From the NCBI GenBank assembly GCA_963818855.1, contig CAWFUH010000002.1, forward strand, positions 298,471 to 362,470: DNA of 64,000 nucleotides. Direction: 5' to 3'. A program made the position numbers and the translations under genes. Shown in pieces: positions 57,583-64,000 of this stretch. Positions within the stretch are counted from its first letter, which is position 1; every line of letters starts with the position of its first letter. This stretch comes from Bryobacterales bacterium (GTDB lineage: Bacteria; Acidobacteriota; Terriglobia; Bryobacterales; Bryobacteraceae). The notes under the pieces are model-generated. The model was not told the origin of the DNA and did not search any database. It worked only from the letters and a program-made list of their open reading frames with translations.

Positions 57583-59703
57583 CTACCTGGTGATTCCGAC
57601 CTGCGTCAGCAGCCACGCATATTCGAATGCCTGATCCTTCATGCGATCGTACCTGCCCGATGCTCCGCCATGCCCGGCGGGCTCCATTTTGATCTTCAAC
57701 AGCAGCGGCGTATCATTGGTCTTCAGCGCCCGCATTCTTGCTACATACTTCGCCGGCTCCCAATACATCACCTGGCTGTCGTTGAAACTGGTCGTCACTA
57801 AGATTGCCGGATAAGCGCGTTTCTCGAGATTGTCATAAGGGCTGTAAGTCTTCATATAGTCATACGCCTCTTTCTCGTTGGGGTTGCCCCACTCCAGATA
57901 CTCGCCCACGGTCAGTGGCAGAGATGCATCCATCATGGTATTCATGACATCCACGAAGGGCACGGCGGCGTGCACCGCGTGAAATAGATCCGGGCGCATG
58001 TTGACTACTGCGCCCATCAGCAGGCCGCCGGCGCTGCCGCCCTCGATCACCAGGCGCTCCTTTGACGTCCACTTTTCCGCGATCAGAAATTCGGCGCAAT
58101 CGATGAAATCCCAGAAGGTGTTTTTCTTCTTCATCAGCATGCCGTCTTCTCGCCACTGCTCACCCATCTCGTTGCCGCCGCGGATGTGGGCGATGGCATA
58201 CGCCATCCCTCTGTCGAGCAGGCTCAAGCGATTGCTGGAAAAGCTGGGAGGCGTGCCGATTCCGTAAGAGCCGTAGGCGTAGAGAAACAGCGGCGCGTGT
58301 CCGTCGCGCACGAAGCCCTTGCGGTAGACGATCGAGATCGGCACTTTGACGCCGTCGCGCGCGGTAGCCCACAGCCGCTCGCAGGCGTATTGTGTGGGAT
58401 CGTAGCCGCCCAGTACGTCCTGGCGCTTCAGCAACGCGGACTGGCCGCTGTGCACGTCGTAATCGAACACGCTGGGCGGCGTGATGAAGCTTTGGTAGTT
58501 ATAGCGATAGGTGTGCGAGGCGAACTCAGGCGTGCCGCCGGGTGATGCGGCGTAGACTGGTTCGGGAAACGGAATGGCCGTCCATTTGGCGTTGTGGAAG
58601 TCATACACGCGCAGGTGGTCGAGTGCGCTCGACCGTTCCACCGAGACGGCGAAATCCTGGAATAGATCCAGGTGCTCGAGCAGCACGTCGTCCCGCTGCG
58701 CGATGAAAACCTTCCAGTTCCTGGGCGCCGGATCGTTTTCGGGCGCGGTCATGATAGCGAAGTTACGCCCATCCTTATTCGTGCGTATATAGAATAGATT
58801 TTCGCGATGATCCACATAGTAACGATGCTTCTTTTCGCGCGGCAGGAAGACCGTAAAATCGCCCTGCGGATGGTCCGCGCGCAGGCAGCGGTACTCGGTG
58901 GTGTCCTTACTGTCGATTCCGAGAAGCAGGTATTTCTGGTCGCGGGTTTTCTGGATGCGGATATCGTAGAGCTCATCTTTCTCGTCGTAGAGCGGCTCGA
59001 ATTGAGCGGCGCCCAATACATGCCGCCACAGTTTGTCGGACCGCTTGGTGACTTCGTCTTCGGTGGTCAGGAAGAGCGTCTTGTTGTCCGCCGCCCAAGC
59101 AACCGCGGTCACACGCGCGGTGGTGTCCGGCAGCGTATCGCCCGAGCGCAGATCTTTCACTTGCAGCCCATACTGGCGGAAGCCGGTGAAATCGACGGTG
59201 TAGGCGAGCATGTTCTGATCGTCACTGACCACAAAAGCTCCCAGACCCACGAACTTGTGGGATTTCGCCAGCTCGTTCGGATCGAGCAGGATTTCCTCAG
59301 CCGCCTCCATGCTGCCCTTGCGGCGGCATTGGATCGGATACTGCTGGCCCTCGACGGTGCGCGAATAATACAGGTAATCGCCGCGGCGAAGGGGCACGGA
59401 GAGGTCGGTCTGTTTCACGTGGCCGAGCATCTCTTTGTAGAGCGCATCCTGGAACGGCGCCAGGTTGCCGGTCATGGCCGCCGTGTAGGCGTTTTCGGCT
59501 TCCAAATAAGCGACCACCTTGGGATTAGACTTCTCGCGCAGCCAGTAGTAATTGTCCACCACGGTAGCGTCATGGCGCACTTCGCGATGATCGACCGTGG
59601 GAGCGACGGGCGGCGTGGGATCAGCGGCGCTGACAATCAACGTGGAGAGAAGGAACAACGGAAGCGCCAGTTGGATGATGTGGTGGACTTGGGTGGGATA
59701 CAT
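57583..59703 (-). CDS. ptrB: Oligopeptidase B / S9A prolyl oligopeptidase family protease, secreted
   Basis: Signal peptide and an N-terminal propeller. Catalytic GGSAGGLLMG, with the D and H regions (TSFNDSQV, PAGHGG). Confidence 0.85.
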   Translation of the reverse strand: MYPTQVHHIIQLALPLFLLSTLIVSAADPTPPVAPTVDHREVRHDATVVDNYYWLREKSNPKVVAYLEAENAYTAAMTGNLAPFQDALYKEMLGHVKQTDLSVPLRRGDYLYYSRTVEGQQYPIQCRRKGSMEAAEEILLDPNELAKSHKFVGLGAFVVSDDQNMLAYTVDFTGFRQYGLQVKDLRSGDTLPDTTARVTAVAWAADNKTLFLTTEDEVTKRSDKLWRHVLGAAQFEPLYDEKDELYDIRIQKTRDQKYLLLGIDSKDTTEYRCLRADHPQGDFTVFLPREKKHRYYVDHRENLFYIRTNKDGRNFAIMTAPENDPAPRNWKVFIAQRDDVLLEHLDLFQDFAVSVERSSALDHLRVYDFHNAKWTAIPFPEPVYAASPGGTPEFASHTYRYNYQSFITPPSVFDYDVHSGQSALLKRQDVLGGYDPTQYACERLWATARDGVKVPISIVYRKGFVRDGHAPLFLYAYGSYGIGTPPSFSSNRLSLLDRGMAYAIAHIRGGNEMGEQWREDGMLMKKKNTFWDFIDCAEFLIAEKWTSKERLVIEGGSAGGLLMGAVVNMRPDLFHAVHAAVPFVDVMNTMMDASLPLTVGEYLEWGNPNEKEAYDYMKTYSPYDNLEKRAYPAILVTTSFNDSQVMYWEPAKYVARMRALKTNDTPLLLKIKMEPAGHGGASGRYDRMKDQAFEYAWLLTQVGITR

Positions 59704-59896
59704 GCAGCCGATTATATCGCGCAGGTCGCCGCTTGCTCCGCGCGACGCGTTGGGATAGTCTGATTCCTGGGTATTGCCGCTGTCCGTCCGCTAAAAGTCG
59801 ATTCACCGCGATCCGTCTGAGCCATCGCTCGTAGACTGGGCGCGGTGAATTTTATACGTTCTAACCCCAAACAACTCTTTCCCAAGGAGATATGGA

Positions 59897-60967
59897 ATGC
59901 AGGAGTGTTTCGACTTGACGGCCATCGGCGCGACCCCCACGTTAGTGTCCGCCTTTCGGCCATATGAATTGCGCGGCCTGCTGCTGGGACGCGTGTCCGT
60001 GGTGCACGGCGATCGGTACAGGATTTACACGGCGCGCGGGGAGATGGCCGCCGAAGCCATCGGGGCGCTGCTCTACCGCGCAGAGCGTTCCGCATGGCCC
60101 GCGGTGGGCGACTGGGTGGCGGCGCAGGCGGTCGGGCCCGGGGAAACCCTGATACACGCGGTGCTGCCGCGGCATACGATGTTCTCGCGGCGTGCCGCCG
60201 GGAGCCGCGAAGAGGAGCAGGTGATCGCCGCCAACATCGATCTGGCGCTGATCGTCTGCGGCCTCGATCAGGATTTCAACGTGCGCCGTATCGAGCGCTA
60301 CCTCACGCTGGCGCACGCGAGCGGCGTGGACGCAGCCATCGTGCTGAACAAATCCGATCTGTGCGCGGACCTGGATGCGCACCTGGGAGAAGCTGCGCGC
60401 GTGGCAGGGCGTTCCCCGGTGGTGGCCATCGCCGCGCGCGGGGCAGGCGACATCGACCCGGTAGTGCGGCTGCTGCGCCCGGAACTGACAGTGGCGCTGC
60501 TGGGGTCCTCCGGCGCTGGAAAATCGACGCTGGTGAATCGGCTCCTGGGCCAGCAACGGCAACGCGTCCAGGCAGTTCGGGAATGTGACAGCCGCGGCCG
60601 GCACACCACCACGTATCGGGAACTGCTGCCGTTGCCGCAGGGCGGCGCGCTCATCGACACGCCCGGAATGCGCGAGCTGCAATTGTGGGCGGACCAGGAC
60701 AGCCTGGATTCCGCCTTCGCGGAAATCGCGTCGTTCGCGGCGCAGTGCCGTTTCCGCGATTGCAGCCACTTGGTGGAAGAAGGCTGCGCGGTCCGGGCGG
60801 CTGTTGAAACAGGGGAGTTGGATGCGCGCCGCTGGGAAAGCTATCGCAAGCTGCGCGCCGAAATCGCCTGGCACACGCGCCAGACCGATATGCAGGCCGC
60901 ACAGGCCCAGAAGAAAAAATGGAAAGCGATCCACAAAGCCATGCGGGTGGATCACAAGCGCGGGTGA
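59897..60967 (+). CDS. rsgA: Ribosome small-subunit-dependent GTPase A
   Basis: Circularly permuted GTPase (LNKSDL ... GSSGAGKSTLVNRL ... DTPGMREL) and a zinc knuckle CRFRDCSHLVEEGCAV. Confidence 0.9.
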   Translation: MQECFDLTAIGATPTLVSAFRPYELRGLLLGRVSVVHGDRYRIYTARGEMAAEAIGALLYRAERSAWPAVGDWVAAQAVGPGETLIHAVLPRHTMFSRRAAGSREEEQVIAANIDLALIVCGLDQDFNVRRIERYLTLAHASGVDAAIVLNKSDLCADLDAHLGEAARVAGRSPVVAIAARGAGDIDPVVRLLRPELTVALLGSSGAGKSTLVNRLLGQQRQRVQAVRECDSRGRHTTTYRELLPLPQGGALIDTPGMRELQLWADQDSLDSAFAEIASFAAQCRFRDCSHLVEEGCAVRAAVETGELDARRWESYRKLRAEIAWHTRQTDMQAAQAQKKKWKAIHKAMRVDHKRG

Positions 60968-60987
60968 GTCTTTCGGCGCGAAGGTCT

Positions 60988-61422
60988 CTACGCCTGTGAA
61001 AAGCCGGCGGGCCGTTCGCCCATTTTATAGGCAATGTAGGTCAGCACGCCGGCCATTTCGTCCAGTGCGCGCCGGGCCTGCCGGGCGGATGCGTTGCGCG
61101 TCAAACAAAACCACAGATGCATAATCCGGTAGTCCAGCATCAAAAGGTGATGCGCCGCCGGGCGAGGCTCCATATCGCTCGCATGGTTCAACAGAAAGCA
61201 AAGCATCCGGTAATCTTTATCGAGAGCGCGGTGCAGGCGATCGAGTGGGATGTCCACGACGGGTTGCCGCAGGGCTTCCCGAACCTCCAAGACACTCAAC
61301 TGCGAGATTACAGTACTATGCTCTCCGACCTGTTCTTCGCTCAGCAGGAGGAGGATCGTGTAGCGCAACCAGTACGCGAACAACGCAACCGAAAACGTGA
61401 GAATCAGTATTGTCTCAACCAT
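60988..61422 (-). CDS. Hypothetical protein with an N-terminal TM helix
   Basis: 144 aa, MVETILILTFSVALFAYWLRYTILLLL. A good sigma-70-like promoter lies upstream. Confidence 0.55.
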   Translation of the reverse strand: MVETILILTFSVALFAYWLRYTILLLLSEEQVGEHSTVISQLSVLEVREALRQPVVDIPLDRLHRALDKDYRMLCFLLNHASDMEPRPAAHHLLMLDYRIMHLWFCLTRNASARQARRALDEMAGVLTYIAYKMGERPAGFSQA

Positions 61423-61460
61423 CAGCCCTGCGACACGGCGTAATAGGAAACCGTCGAGTA

Positions 61461-61489
61461 ATTATATCACCCACGAATCCCAGGTGCAA
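61461..61489 (-). promoter_or_regulatory. Sigma-70-like promoter (TTGCAC-17 nt-TATAAT) for the 60988..61422 gene
   Basis: The minus strand reads TTGCAC (61489-61484), a 17-nt spacer, then TATAAT (61466-61461). It lies about 40 nt upstream of the ATG at 61422, in an AT-rich spacer. Confidence 0.5.
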
Positions 61490-61579
61490 CGGTTTTTGAT
61501 AAGATTTCTAGTACGCCTGTTACCAAAGATATTTATTTATTTTTTGCGTTCCGGCCATCCCTAGGTAAAGTATTGAAAA

Positions 61580-62464
61580 CTAAAGGTTAAGTGTTCTGAG
61601 GTATTCCCGGAACGGGCCACCCAAGTCATGTCGCCGGAGGGCAAATTCGACTGTAGCCTTAAGAAATCCGAGTTTATCGCCTGCATCGTAGCGGGTACCT
61701 TCGAACCGGTACGCATAGATAGGCCGCGTGCGCAGCAGGTGGCGCAGCGCATCGGTCAACTGGATCTCCGCTCCGGTCCCCGGTTCCACCATCTGCAGGG
61801 ATTGAAAAATCTCTGGAATCAAGACGTACCGGCCAATGATGGCGAGGTTGGAGGGGGCCTCTGAGGGCTTAGGTTTTTCTACCAGGTCGCGGACGCGATA
61901 TACCCGGTCGCGCGAGCCGTTGTGGGAGATCGGCTCGGCGTCGATGGCGCCATAGGACGAAATTTGCTCGGGCGGGACCTCCATTACGGCCACAACGGGC
62001 GAGCAGAAGAACTCGTAGACATCCAACAACTGCCGCAGGCAGGGTGTTTCGGCATCAATCACGTCATCGGCCAGCACAACCGCGAAGGGCTCCTCTCCTA
62101 CCAACTCCATGGCGCGCAAGACCGCATGCCCCAACCCCAAGGCCTCCTTCTGCCGGGTGTACGACACATTGATCATGTCGGAGACGCTGCGCACGATCGA
62201 AAGCAGGTCCTTCTTGCCGCGGGATTCAAGCAGGTTTTCCAGCTCGAAGCTGACGTCGAAATGATCCTCGATGGCGCTCTTGCCGCGGCCGGTGACTATG
62301 ATAATGTTCTGAATTCCGGAATGCAGCGCTTCTTCGACGCCGTACTGAATGAGAGGTTTGTCCACCAGCGGCAGCATTTCCTTGGGCTGTGCCTTGGTGG
62401 CAGGGAGGAAGCGGGTGCCCAGACCCGCAGCCGGAAACACGGCTTTACGAACCTTGGAAGCCAT
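61580..62464 (-). CDS. galU: UTP-glucose-1-phosphate uridylyltransferase
   Basis: KAVFPAAGLGTRFLPATKAQPKEMLPLVDKPLIQY and VEKP. Confidence 0.95.
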   Translation of the reverse strand: MASKVRKAVFPAAGLGTRFLPATKAQPKEMLPLVDKPLIQYGVEEALHSGIQNIIIVTGRGKSAIEDHFDVSFELENLLESRGKKDLLSIVRSVSDMINVSYTRQKEALGLGHAVLRAMELVGEEPFAVVLADDVIDAETPCLRQLLDVYEFFCSPVVAVMEVPPEQISSYGAIDAEPISHNGSRDRVYRVRDLVEKPKPSEAPSNLAIIGRYVLIPEIFQSLQMVEPGTGAEIQLTDALRHLLRTRPIYAYRFEGTRYDAGDKLGFLKATVEFALRRHDLGGPFREYLRTLNL

Positions 62465-62846
62465 TCCTTTACAGTTTGCGTTTTCAGGGCCGGAATAGCA
62501 ACTGGCTGAAAGTTAAGGAACGCACTTGCCGCGCGGCGAGGCCGGCTACATCGCCGTCTATATCGAGGGAAGCCAGGGCGCCGAAGTGGTGGCCGCGGCC
62601 CGGCGAGGACCTTTCGCCGTCTTGCACTTTTGGTACACTGAAGCTGGCCAGGCGATTCGCTGGCCCACTGACATACAGATGTAATACTTCCGCCTGCCTG
62701 AACCAGGTTGTGATCGCATCACTCGGATAAACGGTATCAATGCATACTTACTGTTCAATAGTAGAGTAGATTACTAACTACTTCAATGGCAGACTAATGA
62801 CAGACAATGGGCCGGCTCTGGTAGCCAAACATTAACGGAGATTGAC

Positions 62847-64000
62847 ATGCGCTTACGACTTGGTTTACTTGGCTGGTTGCTCCCCCTGATGCCCGTGGCG
62901 GCGCAGCACAATGTGCTGACGATTCACAATGACCTGGCTCGCACGGGACAATATCTCACGGAAACGATTCTAGCCCCTTCCAATCTAAGTTCGACCACGT
63001 TCGGCAAGCGGTTTCAGATTACCTTGGACGGCGTCGTGGATGCAGAACCACTCTATGTGGCCAGCGTTCCGATCCCTAACCAGGGAACCCACAACGTGCT
63101 GATCGTGGCCACGGAAAACGACAGCCTATACGCGCTGGATGCGGATACCGGGTCGCAGCTATGGAAATCAGCGCTGCTCGGCAGCAACGAGACGCCTTCC
63201 GACGACCGCGGTTGCGACCAGGTTACGCCGCAAATCGGCATCACCTCGACGCCAACGATCGGGCTGAATCCCGGCGCGACGGGAGGCGCCATTTTTGCAG
63301 TGGCGATGAGCAAAGACTCATCTGGGAATTACCATCAACGATTGCACAAGGTAGATCTGACCACGGGAGGACCGCTCGCGACCCCGGTGGAGATTAAAGC
63401 CAAGTATCCGGGGACCGGAGAAGGCAGCGAAGGCGGTTACGTACAGTTCGACCCTGCGCAGTATAAAGAACGTGCCGGACTACTGCTGCTGGGCAACGCT
63501 CTATTTTTGTCGTGGGCGTCGCACTGCGATATTCCGCCATACACCGGTTGGATTATGGCTTACCGTCCCCAGAACCTTAAGCAGATCACTGTAATTAACG
63601 TGACCCCCAATGGCGGCGGGGGAGCGATCTGGGGAGCCGGGGCCGGTTTGGCGGCGGATCTCAGCGGACACGTCTATTTTCTGGACGCTAACGGCCAATT
63701 TGACACGACGCTCAATGCGCAAGGCTTTCCCAACAGCGGCGACTACGGCAACGCCTTCATAAAGATTTCGACTGCGAGGGGCAAACTAAGCGTGGCGGAT
63801 TATTTCACCATGTACGATACGACCAGCGAATCCGACGCGGATGTCGACTTAGGATCGGGCGGCGCGCTGCTGTTACCGGACATGACCGACGCCAACGGCA
63901 AGGTGCGGCATCTGGCAATCGGAGCCGGAAAGGATGGCAACATCTACCTGGTGAACCGCGAGAACATGGGTAAATTCAATCCGAATAATGACAGCGCTAT
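62847..64000 (+). CDS. Secreted PQQ-like beta-propeller repeat protein (3' end outside the window)
   Basis: Not in the ORF track because it has no stop in the window. I translated it by hand from the ATG at 62847 and found no stop codon through 64000. Signal peptide MRLRLGLLGWLLPLMPVAAQ. Motifs VLIVATENDSLYALDADTGSQLWK and DVDLGSGGALLLP. Confidence 0.75.
   Translation, partial: MRLRLGLLGWLLPLMPVAAQHNVLTIHNDLARTGQYLTETILAPSNLSSTTFGKRFQITLDGVVDAEPLYVASVPIPNQGTHNVLIVATENDSLYALDADTGSQLWKSALLGSNETPSDDRGCDQVTPQIGITSTPTIGLNPGATGGAIFAVAMSKDSSGNYHQRLHKVDLTTGGPLATPVEIKAKYPGTGEGSEGGYVQFDPAQYKERAGLLLLGNALFLSWASHCDIPPYTGWIMAYRPQNLKQITVINVTPNGGGGAIWGAGAGLAADLSGHVYFLDANGQFDTTLNAQGFPNSGDYGNAFIKISTARGKLSVADYFTMYDTTSESDADVDLGSGGALLLPDMTDANGKVRHLAIGAGKDGNIYLVNRENMGKFNPNNDSA

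Noticed and set aside
62465-62846. 380-nt spacer between galU and the PQQ-like gene, including TTGCACTTTTGGTACA and several 5-bp hairpins; considered as a riboswitch/ncRNA or sigma-54 site
   Set aside because: The elements are in the wrong order and composition for a -24/-12 promoter (GT instead of GG). The hairpins are short, and I could not match them to any known riboswitch. The small ORFs there (62389..62730, 62558..62758) lack protein-like features.
1-64000. CRISPR arrays, transposases, integrases, prophage modules, tRNA/rRNA genes
   Set aside because: I found no regularly spaced direct repeats, no DDE/tyrosine/serine recombinase motifs and no RNA-gene signatures on either strand.

Overview
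High-GC (by eye about 60-65%) chromosomal segment, most consistent with an Acidobacteriota (Terriglobia-like) genome. The pointers are an ADOP-type orphan duplicated permease, many Tat- or Sec-exported glycosidases and PQQ-type beta-propellers. I call about 55 protein-coding genes, mostly housekeeping and envelope functions. These include tatA, an ECF sigma factor, the yacL-like/ispD/ispF cluster, lexA, an NfeD-stomatin-SPOR run, lipA, lnt, galE, a TolC-MFP-RND efflux operon, comEC, rsgA and galU. Glycoside hydrolases (GH32, GH29) and ABC/MFS transporters are also present. I found no rRNA, tRNA, CRISPR array, transposase or integrase.

Non-standard content:
- A two-gene cassette (a small protein ending in Gly-Gly with a ThiS/MoaD-like C-terminus, plus a DUF4132/MolR-like protein) is bracketed by two paralogous ~230-nt non-coding modules and joined by a 12-bp tandem repeat. 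This is my best candidate for an undescribed system.
- A family of GC-rich double-hairpin REP-like elements has four copies, each co-oriented with the gene upstream. Two copies intrude into coding sequence.
- A lower-GC islet between lnt and a BON-domain gene carries a possible orphan CdiI-like immunity protein and a HEPN-like protein.
- Three genes have disrupted reading frames: the DUF4132 N-terminus, a class-III aminotransferase, and a heavily decayed GH3 remnant.

All family assignments come from motif recognition by eye; no database searches were run.
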